A DNA stretch of 57,289 nt from Candidatus Saccharimonadales bacterium (lineage in GTDB: Bacteria > Patescibacteriota > Saccharimonadia > Saccharimonadales > UBA7683). The position numbers were made by a program, and so were the translations under genes. Positions 38,546-47,643 of this stretch are shown here, piece by piece (position 1 is the first letter of the stretch; each line of letters begins with the position of its first letter). The stretch spans positions 1-57,289 of the forward strand of contig JAXMAA010000004.1 of assembly GCA_046350615.1 (NCBI GenBank), read 5' to 3'. Below the pieces are notes generated by a model that saw only the letters and a list, made by a program, of their open reading frames with translations, had not been told where the DNA came from and did no database searches.

Positions 38546-39214
38546 ATGAAGCTTATCCTAGCCTCTCAAGGTTTCACCACTCCAGAAATCGCCCAAGCCA
38601 CAGCACGTCTAGCAGGTAAATCTCTCGACGAGCTCAATGTTGCCATTATCAACGAAGCTTACGTTGCAATTGCGGGTGGTCGAGATGAAAGCTGGCTCAT
38701 AAATGAACTCGGTTTGCTGGGGGGCTATGTCAAAGGCAATATCTTCTTTGTGAACCTCCGAGCTTACGATATCAACGAGATTAAAGATCGGTTAAGTTCA
38801 GCAGATGTAATCTACATTGTAGGTGGTGCTCAACTAGTATTGCCAAAACTGTTCAAAGAAACTGGTTTTGATACACTCCTGGCTGAGTTGGCTGAAACTA
38901 AAGTCATTCTTGGCACTTCGGCTGGTGCTAATGTACTGGGTGCACATATCCAAAATCGAGAATATTGGGCAGATCAATATGGCGATGCAGAGACGTATTT
39001 AGCCGAACCCTCACTTGGCTTAGTTGATTTCAACATTCTACCGCACTACGAAAGAGAAGATCATCCTCGTAGAAATAAAACAATCTTAACGCCATTGCTC
39101 AAAGATAACCCCTTCCCACTCTACGGAGTAACTGATACACAGGCTGTTATATACAACAACGGCAAACTCGAGTTTTTAGGGGGAAACGCAGTGAAGTTCG
39201 GTGGTCGCATTTAA
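38546..39214 (+). CDS. Peptidase S51 (PepE/cyanophycinase-like)
   Basis: LILASQG, YIVGG, GTSAGA nucleophile motif, ILPHY. Confidence 0.85.
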   Translation: MKLILASQGFTTPEIAQATARLAGKSLDELNVAIINEAYVAIAGGRDESWLINELGLLGGYVKGNIFFVNLRAYDINEIKDRLSSADVIYIVGGAQLVLPKLFKETGFDTLLAELAETKVILGTSAGANVLGAHIQNREYWADQYGDAETYLAEPSLGLVDFNILPHYEREDHPRRNKTILTPLLKDNPFPLYGVTDTQAVIYNNGKLEFLGGNAVKFGGRI

Positions 39215-39240
39215 GCTAGGTGCTACCCTGAGAAGTCTCT

Positions 39241-39272
39241 TTCAGTTTTGATTCAGGTTTGGTTTTTATACT
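39241..39272 (+). promoter_or_regulatory. Candidate OmpR-type direct repeat plus -10 upstream of the ABC permease
   Basis: TTCAG-N6-TTCAG (11-bp period) 10 nt before TATACT. Confidence 0.45.
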
Positions 39273-39315
39273 CCTTTTAGTTCTAAAAATTAGGAATGAA
39301 AGGAACTAAGAAAAA

Positions 39316-40713
39316 ATGAACGTTGTTTCAAGGGGAATCAGGAATGCGTTTCGGAACTTTGTACGGACGTTTTCGATTGTAGTTATTTTAGGCATCAGCG
39401 TAGGGCTCTCACTTTCTATGCTTGTTGCAAGGCGAGCGGTTGATGAAAAAATAACGAGTGTAAAAAGTAGCATTGGCAACACGATCAGTGTTTCGCCAGC
39501 GGGGAGTCGAGGCTTCGAGGGCGGTGGTGAGGCATTGACAACGCAGCAGATGAAAGAAGTTTCTGCGGTAGAACACGTCACGAATGTTTCACGAACACTG
39601 AGCGATCGACTAACAGCCGACAACACCAATTTGGAATCTTCAATTGAACCCGGAAGTCTTGGTAATCGTGCTCAAGGTAACTCGGGTATTGGTTTCAGAG
39701 CACTAGCGAGGGGTGGTGTGCCAACTATGGGTGGCGCTTCAGATGATACTAATGCAAGTTCGTCAGATTTTATACGAACCTTCAGGCCACCAGTCACCAT
39801 CACTGGAACTAATGATGCAACTACGGCCTCAGTGTACGGTGGCGATAGCATCACATTTACCAGTGGTGAAGCATTTGATGCAACGAAAGATGAAAATAAA
39901 GCAGTGCTCGGTAAGGCAATCGCTGAAAAAAACAAACTTTCTGTTGGCTCAACTTTTATGGCTTACGGCGAGACCATTGCAGTTACGGGCATCTACGATA
40001 CCGGTAATACTTTTGCTAATAATGGCGTGATAGTTTCTTTGAGCGCCTTACAGCGCTTGTCTAAGCAGAGTGGCGCAGTCACATCGGCAACGGCAACGGT
40101 TGATTCGGTTGATAACATTGATGCTGCAGTCAGTACCATCGAGACGAAACTGGGGGATGCGGCGGATGTTGTGAGTAACCAGGAATCTGCTAAAAATGCT
40201 GTGGAGCCACTAGAGAGTGTAAAAAACATTTCTACCTATAGTGTATTTGCCGCTGTCGGTACCGGTGCGATTATTATTCTACTCACTATGATGATGATCG
40301 TGCGCGAACGGCGACGTGAAATTGGTGTCATGAAGGCAATTGGCTCAACTAATGGTAAAACTATGTTGCAGTTTATGAGTGAGGCAATAACTTTGACACT
40401 CTTAGGACTCATTATTGGACTGATAATCAGCGTGTTCGTCGCACAGCCGATTACAAAAGTATTGGTCAATAATTCAAGCAGTAGCACCAGCTCGCGGCAG
40501 GTCGGCCTAGGCCAAGCTTTTCCTGGTGGCGGGGCGAGAATGCGCGGCGTTCCAGGTGCGCTCCGTGGTGTGCAAGACGTCAAGAGCTCGGTGGGCGCAG
40601 ATGTACTTGTCTATGGCTTGGGCGTCGCCTTTTTGATAGCAATAATTGGCAGCGCCTTGCCCGCTTATCTAATTTCGAAGGTGAGCCCAGCTGAAGCAAT
40701 GAGGGCAGAATAG
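39316..40713 (+). CDS. MacB/FtsX-family ABC permease
   Basis: RNAFRN..RT, periplasmic MacB-like core, ERRREIGVMKAIG, SPAEAMRAE. Confidence 0.9.
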   Translation: MNVVSRGIRNAFRNFVRTFSIVVILGISVGLSLSMLVARRAVDEKITSVKSSIGNTISVSPAGSRGFEGGGEALTTQQMKEVSAVEHVTNVSRTLSDRLTADNTNLESSIEPGSLGNRAQGNSGIGFRALARGGVPTMGGASDDTNASSSDFIRTFRPPVTITGTNDATTASVYGGDSITFTSGEAFDATKDENKAVLGKAIAEKNKLSVGSTFMAYGETIAVTGIYDTGNTFANNGVIVSLSALQRLSKQSGAVTSATATVDSVDNIDAAVSTIETKLGDAADVVSNQESAKNAVEPLESVKNISTYSVFAAVGTGAIIILLTMMMIVRERRREIGVMKAIGSTNGKTMLQFMSEAITLTLLGLIIGLIISVFVAQPITKVLVNNSSSSTSSRQVGLGQAFPGGGARMRGVPGALRGVQDVKSSVGADVLVYGLGVAFLIAIIGSALPAYLISKVSPAEAMRAE

Positions 40714-40726
40714 AAAGGAGCAACTT

Positions 40727-41407
40727 ATGTTAGAAGTAAAGAATCTCAAGAAGATATTTAAGGCAGGTAGCGGTGAAGTGGCGGCGGTTAACAGTGTGAG
40801 CTTTCGTGTGCCGGATGGTCAGTTTGCCTCGATTGTTGGTAAAAGTGGTTCAGGAAAGTCAACATTGCTCAGCTTGCTGGGTGCACTCGATAAGCCAACG
40901 AGCGGCAGTATCCAAGTGGGGAAGAGCGATATTACCAAGCTCCGTGATAGAAAACTCACTACTTACCGTTCAGAGAAGATAGGCTTTGTGTTTCAAAACT
41001 ACAACCTTGTACCAAATCTTACTGCTATTGAAAACGTTATGTTGCCAATGGAATTTGCTGGGGTTTCAAAAACCGAACGTGTGGTGCGTGCTCGAAAATT
41101 ACTAACCGAAGTAGGTCTAGATGAAGAGCAGTTTTCTCGTCGTCCAGGCAAGCTCAGTGGTGGTCAACAGCAGCGCGTGGCAATCGCTCGGGCATTGGCC
41201 AATAAACCACAGCTTATACTGGCCGATGAACCAACGGGAAACCTCGATAGTGCTACCGGAAAAATGATCTTTGATCTATTGCACAGCTTAGCGCGTAGTG
41301 AAAACACCACTATTGTGGTTGTAACGCATGATCTCGATATTGCTGGGAAAACCGATCGAACTTTCACCCTCGCCGACGGCTCACTAACTGAAAGCAAACG
41401 GCGCTAG
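40727..41407 (+). CDS. MacB/LolD-type ABC ATPase
   Basis: GKSGSGKST, GFVFQ.YNL, LSGGQQQRVAIARAL, ADEPTGNLD, VTHD. Confidence 0.95.
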   Translation: MLEVKNLKKIFKAGSGEVAAVNSVSFRVPDGQFASIVGKSGSGKSTLLSLLGALDKPTSGSIQVGKSDITKLRDRKLTTYRSEKIGFVFQNYNLVPNLTAIENVMLPMEFAGVSKTERVVRARKLLTEVGLDEEQFSRRPGKLSGGQQQRVAIARALANKPQLILADEPTGNLDSATGKMIFDLLHSLARSENTTIVVVTHDLDIAGKTDRTFTLADGSLTESKRR

Positions 41408-41444
41408 CATATGGCCACAACTAAATAAATATCGGTTCACTTAG

Positions 41445-41747
41445 TTATCTCGAACTCTTTTTTAAGATCCATTTTTGTGATGCACTTAATGCCTTGTCTT
41501 CACGGTGAACGCAGCCAATCCAGCAACAAGGACGGCGCTTGCCTTCAAGTAACTCCTCACAAGTTCGTTTAATACGGCGCACTCTAGTCTCGACTGACTT
41601 TGCATTTTCAACCCAGCAAATGAATTCGTTACGAGCGAGTGGCGTAATGTCTTCCCATAAAACCAAAGCTTTTTTATTCTCATGTAGAGATCGTTCTAAA
41701 TCACGTGGAAGTATGTGTATTGTGCCTCCAGAAATATTTTGTTTCAT
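41445..41747 (-). CDS. YdeI/OmpD-associated family protein
   Basis: LPRDL..L...W..ITPLARNEFICWVENAK..ETR.RRI......GKRRPCCW. Confidence 0.82.
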   Translation of the reverse strand: MKQNISGGTIHILPRDLERSLHENKKALVLWEDITPLARNEFICWVENAKSVETRVRRIKRTCEELLEGKRRPCCWIGCVHREDKALSASQKWILKKSSR

Positions 41748-41886
41748 AGTTCCATAATACTATAGATCCACACCGATATTTTTGAAAAATATTTCACATA
41801 AATAATGAAAGTTATTTTATAGAAGTAATTCGCATAAGTAGCGTACCATGTAACCATAAGTATAAAGAGATAGAGGAGAGGGTTTT

Positions 41887-43131
41887 GTGGCTATGGGCTC
41901 GGAGTTAATGCATAAAAATAAAGGTGTTGTATATAGTTTCGTGGCTGCAGTATTAATCATTCCACTGATTGCCTCAGCGATAGTAGTGCGCGCGCAGTGT
42001 AAAGATGGTTGGTTCTCAAGGTTGGTGGGGGTAAATAATTCATGTGGTGACATAAGCCGTAGTGCACAGCAGCGCGGACAGATTTCATTTACTGATGCAA
42101 ACGGGAAGCGAATTAACCTTGATCTAAGTGAGTTAGCCGAGTTTGTTGACGCTCAGAAAGACAAGGGTTTTTCAGATTTTCAATTTAATATGGGTGGCAA
42201 CAACATGACAGTTTCGGCTGGTGGTGAGCAGAAAACTCTCAATTTAACTGAGTTTGTTAATAATGTTCTTGAAAATGCTACAACTGACCCAGCCGGCGAT
42301 CAGCAGGTACTCTCGATTAAGGATAAAAAACTTACAATTTATGGTGGCAACACCATTGATCTGGCAGCGTTCTTGAGTTTGGCTGATTATAACTCGGGCG
42401 ACGGGGTGGTGGTGACAGGAGGTTCGCGGATCATATCCTCTGTACTTGGTACAAGTATTGCGACTGACGAGGTAGAAGATGAGGCGCTTACTGTAGATAA
42501 GCTAGCTGAGAACTCTGTTACGAGTACCAAAATTGAAGATGGAACCATCACTTTTGCTGACCTGAACGACAATGAATGTCAAGGTGGTCAGGTCATTAAA
42601 TACAGCGGCACTAATTGGACCTGTGGCACCGGTATTTCGGTAGGTGATATAAAGAGTGGCATGCAGACGGCTGATCACGGTGGCTGGGTGAAACTCGATG
42701 GCCGTGCGTTAACAGACCTAACTGAAGACCAGCAGGTTGCCGCTGAAGCACTTGGCTTGGTCGCAAATCTACCTGATGCAGCGAATGCTTTCTTGGTGCA
42801 AAATGGTACTATAGTCGGCTCACTCTCGAGTACGAACCAAAAGACATTAGCTCAAAACCAATTGCCGAACGTTACACTTAACGGCACAACTAGTTCTGCC
42901 GGTTCTCAAACTCTCACTTACGACCGAGGTACTGGTAGCTGGGCTCATGCTTATGATGTATCTGGTGCTAATCAACAATTTTACGGTGGTGATCAACAGG
43001 GTACTCTGAACATTCCCAACCATACACACAGCTTCACCACATCTTCCATCAATGGCGGTGTTTCGCAACAACAACTTGATGTAACGCCAAGATCGTTGAG
43101 TGTGACGATGTTCATATACCTGGGACTATAA
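41887..43131 (+). CDS. Membrane-anchored surface protein with tail-collar-like C-terminal module
   Basis: N-terminal TM; short beta repeats; VGDIKSGMQTADHGGWVKLDGR...PNHTHSF...PRSLSVTMFIYLG. Confidence 0.6.
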   Translation: MAMGSELMHKNKGVVYSFVAAVLIIPLIASAIVVRAQCKDGWFSRLVGVNNSCGDISRSAQQRGQISFTDANGKRINLDLSELAEFVDAQKDKGFSDFQFNMGGNNMTVSAGGEQKTLNLTEFVNNVLENATTDPAGDQQVLSIKDKKLTIYGGNTIDLAAFLSLADYNSGDGVVVTGGSRIISSVLGTSIATDEVEDEALTVDKLAENSVTSTKIEDGTITFADLNDNECQGGQVIKYSGTNWTCGTGISVGDIKSGMQTADHGGWVKLDGRALTDLTEDQQVAAEALGLVANLPDAANAFLVQNGTIVGSLSSTNQKTLAQNQLPNVTLNGTTSSAGSQTLTYDRGTGSWAHAYDVSGANQQFYGGDQQGTLNIPNHTHSFTTSSINGGVSQQQLDVTPRSLSVTMFIYLGL

Positions 43132-43133
43132 CA

Positions 43134-43535
43134 ATGGCAAAGAAGATAATTGTTGATGTGCCTCAAAAAGAAGTGAACGTAATACAGGCTAAAGTGTTGA
43201 ACCGTAAATTAGTGCTGATCTGCATTGGGGCGCTACTTGCCGTTACTGTTCTTGCTTTTGCCGTATCAAGTATCACAACACGCAGCAAGAGCAAATCTAG
43301 CAAAGCGGATAAGGTAATTATTCAGACAAGGAAGATACTCCTTTTATCAGATGACGCAGAGCCAACAGTTATTGAGGTTAGCGACGTGCACAAACTGAAG
43401 AATGCCAACCCAACCTTCTATCAAGATGTACAACAAGGAGATTATTTATTGATGTACCCTGAAAAGGCCGTAATTTATCGCCAGGAAACAAATCAAATCA
43501 TTAATGTCGCACCAATCACTGGCTCCAAAGAGTAG
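43134..43535 (+). CDS. Membrane-anchored hypothetical protein
   Basis: One TM; EPTVIEV.D..KLK..NPTFY....GDYLLMY..KAVIYR...N.IINV; coupled to the previous gene. Confidence 0.7.
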   Translation: MAKKIIVDVPQKEVNVIQAKVLNRKLVLICIGALLAVTVLAFAVSSITTRSKSKSSKADKVIIQTRKILLLSDDAEPTVIEVSDVHKLKNANPTFYQDVQQGDYLLMYPEKAVIYRQETNQIINVAPITGSKE

Positions 43536-43721
43536 CGATTCTCTGCAGAGCAGCCGATTTTGTAGGCATCTCTATAGTGGGCAAAATAGCACTATGACTG
43601 TATTGTGCAAGGTGTAGCTTTCTGGTGTCAAAAAAGCGTGACCTGTTACATTAATCAAGATTTTTGATATAAAATTACGTAATTCTTTGATAATCTTCAT
43701 TCACATTGCTACTATCATCTT

Positions 43722-43898
43722 ATGGCACGTCAAGAAAACGATCAAACAAGTCGCAGGAAGCTCGGTGTGGTGGGTGCAAAAACATTTTCCGTAAGTATTC
43801 CCATTGAGATTATTCGCCAGCTAAAACTTAAAAAAGGGCAAGAACTAATTGTCAGACGTGTTGGTGAAACAATAGTTATCGAAAGAAAGGAGCAGTAG
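43722..43898 (+). CDS. AbrB/MazE/SpoVT-type DNA-binding protein (58 aa, below the ORF-track cutoff)
   Basis: MARQENDQTSRRKLGVVGAKTFSVSIPIEIIRQLKLKKGQELIVRRVGETIVIERKEQ*; ends 1 nt before glmS and contains its SD. Confidence 0.85.
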   Translation: MARQENDQTSRRKLGVVGAKTFSVSIPIEIIRQLKLKKGQELIVRRVGETIVIERKEQ

Positions 43899-43899
43899 C

Positions 43900-45708
43900 A
43901 TGTGTGGCATTATGGGGTATATCGGTGATCGTTCAGCACGCAACATTATCCATAACGGCTTACAGCGGCTTGAATATCGTGGTTATGACTCTGCAGGAAT
44001 TGCAGTTCTAGGTAAAAAAGTTGAGATTGTAAAAGCACTTGGAGATACGAGCAATCTTCAGTTAGAAACAATGAGTGAATCAGCAACGCTCGGCATAGGC
44101 CATACTCGCTGGGCCACACACGGGATGCCTTCAGAGCGCAATGCACATCCGCATGCTGTTGGTTCGGTGGTACTTGTTCATAATGGTATCATTGAAAACT
44201 ATGAAGACCTTAAAGCTTTAATAGACACAACCAAACTTAAGAGCCAAACCGATAGTGAGGTTCTAGCAGCTTTAATAGACGCGTATTTTACTGGTAAGAA
44301 AACGCTGCTTGAGGCCACAAAACAAGCTTTGGCAGAAGTGAGGGGGACTTTTGGTATTGCGGTTTTTTCACCAAAAGAACCTGGTCGCATTATTACTGCT
44401 CGTCGAGGCAGCCCGTTGGTAATTGGGGTTGGCGAGGACCAGCACTATATTGCCAGTGATCCGGTCGCAATTATTGATCATACAGATAAGGTAGTGTATC
44501 TGGAAGACGACCAAATTGCCGTTATTAGCGCAGTAGATATTGAGTTATACGACCTAAAGTTAAGCAGCCAGAATTTAACTGTTGAAACACTTGAGAATAC
44601 AGCCCAGAAGCTTGATAAAAACGGCTTTAATAGCTTCTTTCAAAAAGAGATCTTTGAGCAACCAGATTCGCTCAGAAGTGTTATGTTGGGTCGAGTAAGT
44701 GACGATGCTTTGGTTAAGCTCGGTGGGCCATTACTCAGCACGGAAGACGTTAAGAGTATCAAGAACATTCTTATTATCGGTTGCGGAACAGCGTACTATG
44801 CTGCCTACTATGCCAAGTATGAACTTGAGGAGATGCTGGACATTCCGGTTCAGGTTGAACATGCGAGTGAGTTCAGGTATCGATATGGTGCGTACGACGC
44901 AAAAACAACGCTGGCAATTTTTATGAGTCAGTCAGGAGAAACCGCTGATACGATCGCTTCACTGAGAGAGGCCAAACGCAGGGGAATTAAATCCATGGGG
45001 ATAGTTAATAGCGTGGGCTCTACGCTTGCTCGTGAGGTAACGCACGGCGGTATATATCTTCATGCAGGAGTGGAATCTTCAGTTGCAAGTACAAAGGCGT
45101 ATAGCTCAATGGTTGTCGCGCTCCTAATGTTTGGCGGACAAGTATCATATATGCTGGGTCGTGATGCACGTATTACGCAAAAGGTTGCTAGTGAGTTGCG
45201 TGCCCTACCACAAGAGATTGAACGCACACTTGATCTTTGGCCGGCAATTGAAAAAGTTGCTCAAAAAATTACTCGGCTGCAAGATTGGTTCTTTTTGGGA
45301 CGTGGTTCACTTTACCCAGTTGCACTTGAAGGGGCACTGAAGATTACCGAAGTCGCTTATGTTCATGCGCAGGCATTTCCAGCTGGTGAGATGAAGCACG
45401 GTCCCATAGCACTCATAAATCAAAAGCACCTCTGCATTTTACTTTTACCTGAAGACGAGCTTTTGTACAAAAAAAGTGTCTCAACGCTTGAGGAGATAAA
45501 ATCACGTAGCGGTAAAGTGCTAACGATTTCAACTCGTCCGAAGGAGCAGCTGAGTGACTTTCATATAGAGATCTCACATCTTGGGTCGCATGTTGATGGT
45601 CTTCTTTATGCCGTTTGCGTGCAATTATTGACCCTCGGAGTTGCAACAAAAAAGAACGTTAATATTGATCGTCCGAAAAATCTCGCCAAATCGGTGACCG
45701 TTGAGTAG
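43900..45708 (+). CDS. glmS: Glutamine--fructose-6-phosphate aminotransferase
   Basis: MCGIMG, LEYRGYDSAG, GHTRWATHG, HNGIIEN, SQSGETADT, EMKHGPIAL, RPKNLAKSVTVE. Confidence 0.98.
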   Translation: MCGIMGYIGDRSARNIIHNGLQRLEYRGYDSAGIAVLGKKVEIVKALGDTSNLQLETMSESATLGIGHTRWATHGMPSERNAHPHAVGSVVLVHNGIIENYEDLKALIDTTKLKSQTDSEVLAALIDAYFTGKKTLLEATKQALAEVRGTFGIAVFSPKEPGRIITARRGSPLVIGVGEDQHYIASDPVAIIDHTDKVVYLEDDQIAVISAVDIELYDLKLSSQNLTVETLENTAQKLDKNGFNSFFQKEIFEQPDSLRSVMLGRVSDDALVKLGGPLLSTEDVKSIKNILIIGCGTAYYAAYYAKYELEEMLDIPVQVEHASEFRYRYGAYDAKTTLAIFMSQSGETADTIASLREAKRRGIKSMGIVNSVGSTLAREVTHGGIYLHAGVESSVASTKAYSSMVVALLMFGGQVSYMLGRDARITQKVASELRALPQEIERTLDLWPAIEKVAQKITRLQDWFFLGRGSLYPVALEGALKITEVAYVHAQAFPAGEMKHGPIALINQKHLCILLLPEDELLYKKSVSTLEEIKSRSGKVLTISTRPKEQLSDFHIEISHLGSHVDGLLYAVCVQLLTLGVATKKNVNIDRPKNLAKSVTVE

Positions 45709-45715
45709 CTCAATG

Positions 45716-46387
45716 TTACGTTTCACTCAGTATGTATCCTAGACCATAGGCAGTTTTAATGAAGTTGGTGGAAAATGGGCGATCGATCTTATTTCGCAAA
45801 TGCATGATATGAACATCGACGGTCCCATCCCAGCTTTCGCGTTCCATCTCCCATACGTGGTCGATAATCATAGCTCGTGAAACAGTTCGTCCACGATTTC
45901 TAGCAAGGTAAAGCAAAATATCGAATTCCTTCCGGCGAAGAGGCACGATGATGTCATTCTTCTGCACCTGTCGTTGTCTGCTGTCTATCTTCAGGTCACC
46001 AATTTGGATGATATCATCCATGTACATAAATGGTTGGCGGCGCAGTAACGCCTGTACTCGAGCAGTAAGCTCTGCTGGATGAAAAGGTTGTGGGATGCAA
46101 ACATCTGCGCCGCTATTCAAAGTTTGGGCAATGAGCTGTACGGTTCTCTTCGGCAGGAGCACTAGTATTGGTGTTTTAATATTATTTTTGCGGATGAGCT
46201 TGCAGGCTGCAAGGTTGTTGGTATCAGTTAATTCCAGCCCCAAGATGATAAGGCTGTACTGTGCGAGAAGAGACTGGCTGATGGTATCCACAGCGCTTTT
46301 TGTGAAGTCAATAACATATTCTCGGCCCAGTAAGGTGCGAATATGCTTGATGACAGCATGATTGTTTTCAGCAAAAAGTATTTTCAT
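45716..46387 (-). CDS. Orphan OmpR-family regulator with degenerate receiver
   Basis: FAENN replaces the acidic pair, LIILGLEL has Gly at the phospho-Asp position; winged helix intact (KEFDIL..L, TVDVHI..LR.KI, KTAYGLGY). Confidence 0.85.
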   Translation of the reverse strand: MKILFAENNHAVIKHIRTLLGREYVIDFTKSAVDTISQSLLAQYSLIILGLELTDTNNLAACKLIRKNNIKTPILVLLPKRTVQLIAQTLNSGADVCIPQPFHPAELTARVQALLRRQPFMYMDDIIQIGDLKIDSRQRQVQKNDIIVPLRRKEFDILLYLARNRGRTVSRAMIIDHVWEMERESWDGTVDVHIMHLRNKIDRPFSTNFIKTAYGLGYILSET

Positions 46388-46419
46388 TTTTTCCCTGTTA
46401 TTTCTACGTAATAGTACTT

Positions 46420-46450
46420 CAGAAAAGTTAAAAAGTTCTTAACTTTTCTG
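46420..46450. repeat. Perfect 12-bp inverted repeat with 7-nt spacer, candidate operator
   Basis: CAGAAAAGTTAA-aaagttc-TTAACTTTTCTG between divergent genes. Confidence 0.75.
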
Positions 46451-46561
46451 TATCATAATAAACAATCTTGTGCGATTTGGCGCCATTCGGGTGCAGAGTA
46501 ACTACCAATGGCTACCTATAAGGTAGTGTAAAATAACGTTTTTTGTGACATACTACAAGCT

Positions 46562-47008
46562 ATGGAAACAAAGCTTAAGCGTCTCAAGGTACTTGTTGTT
46601 CGTCACCATGGTAATAATGGAACGCAGCAGCCGGTACGGTCTGACACATTTCACAAAATATCGGTGAAAATATCAAATAAACTTGGAAGCGCATTTGCAT
46701 TTTATATTGCAGTTCTGGCAATTCTTGTGTGGATTGTCTCGGGACCAGTTTTTGGATTCTCAAATACCTGGCAACTCGTCATCAATACGGGTACCACTAT
46801 AGTCACCTTTTTGATGGTCTTTGTTATTCAAAATACGCAAAATCGTGATGGGCGCGCTATGCAGCTTAAACTAGACGAGCTTATCAAAGCAAGTCGAAAC
46901 GCCCGTTCAGAGTTTGTCGATATTGAGGACCTAACTGATGCCGAACTTGATGAACTCCAAGGTCAATTCCGCAAGATACACGAGAATATAGAGTTAAAAA
47001 AGAAGTAA
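46562..47008 (+). CDS. Low-affinity iron permease family protein
   Basis: GPVFGFSNTWQLVINTGTTIVTFLMVFVIQNTQNRD..A.QLKLDELI. Confidence 0.92.
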   Translation: METKLKRLKVLVVRHHGNNGTQQPVRSDTFHKISVKISNKLGSAFAFYIAVLAILVWIVSGPVFGFSNTWQLVINTGTTIVTFLMVFVIQNTQNRDGRAMQLKLDELIKASRNARSEFVDIEDLTDAELDELQGQFRKIHENIELKKK

Positions 47009-47016
47009 CACTTGAT

Positions 47017-47358
47017 TTATTCAGCGGTTTGAGCGCGGTACTTATCAACAGCTTCTTTGTAGAACGGTTGGAAATCTGTGTCAATGCAGTCAATTTGTTT
47101 CTCTCGCACTGCTGCATTTTTATCGCCAAGCTCTTTGGCTCGCTCTTTGGTTGCGTCTTTGTTTGCACAGTAACGATCTCGCGCTGATGTGTATACGCGC
47201 CGATCAAAAGTGTCTGTGCTGGTGATAACAAAAATACTGACTAGAAATAAGAGATTCAAGAGAATAGAGGTAACCGCCACACTTCGTGCGATATCACCCT
47301 TCATGATTTTACGAGCTTTTTGTGTTAATGCCATTGGGTTCTTCTTTTTTGTAGCCAT
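47017..47358 (-). CDS. Single-TM hypothetical protein with a Cys pair
   Basis: ORF 47017..47364; the second ATG (47358) fits leaderless geometry with TG-g-TAAAGT. Confidence 0.65.
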   Translation of the reverse strand: MATKKKNPMALTQKARKIMKGDIARSVAVTSILLNLLFLVSIFVITSTDTFDRRVYTSARDRYCANKDATKERAKELGDKNAAVREKQIDCIDTDFQPFYKEAVDKYRAQTAE

Positions 47359-47419
47359 GCTCATACTTTACCATAAGCATATTCATTTCGACAAATACTA
47401 TTTCTAGTGCACAAAGTGC

Positions 47420-47448
47420 TTGCGTATACACTATACCAAGCGTACAAT
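47420..47448 (+). promoter_or_regulatory. sigma70 promoter of the riboswitch transcript
   Basis: TTGCGT 47420-25, 17-nt spacer, TACAAT 47443-48. Confidence 0.75.
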
Positions 47449-47466
47449 AAATACTGTTAACAATCT

Positions 47467-47566
47467 GACCTTGGTTTGAAGTGGAAGTTTGGTGAAATTC
47501 CAACGCTGTGCCGCAACGGTTAAAGTCCGATACGCTTAGAACTTGAGAGGTCTCCCGAGCAGGAGA
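47467..47566 (+). ncRNA. Cobalamin riboswitch, compact class-II type
   Basis: GACCT/AGGTC and GGTTTGAAGTG/CGCTTAGAACT stems, GGAA, TTGG-TGAAATT-CCAA T-loop, GCTGTGCCGCAACGG, AAGTCCGATAC, P13 TCTCC-CGAGCA-GGAGA. Confidence 0.8.
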
Positions 47567-47603
47567 AAACAAAAAGTCAAAAAATAAGGGTTTGTCTTTT
47601 TAT

Positions 47604-47642
47604 AACTCCTGCACGGTATAACACCAACAGCAGGAGTTTTTT
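47604..47642 (+). terminator. Riboswitch expression-platform hairpin (terminator that also sequesters the SD)
   Basis: AACTCCTGC (47604-12) pairs with GCAGGAGTT (47630-38), followed by T-tract; AGGAG lies 7 nt before GTG 47644. Confidence 0.78.
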
Positions 47643-47643
47643 A

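Noticed and set aside
41887-43131. Prophage, based on the tail-collar-like module
   Set aside because: No terminase, capsid, portal or other phage genes; the protein has a membrane anchor.
43536-43721. glmS ribozyme
   Set aside because: Conserved core sequences not recognisable, and an AbrB-type gene sits directly upstream of glmS.
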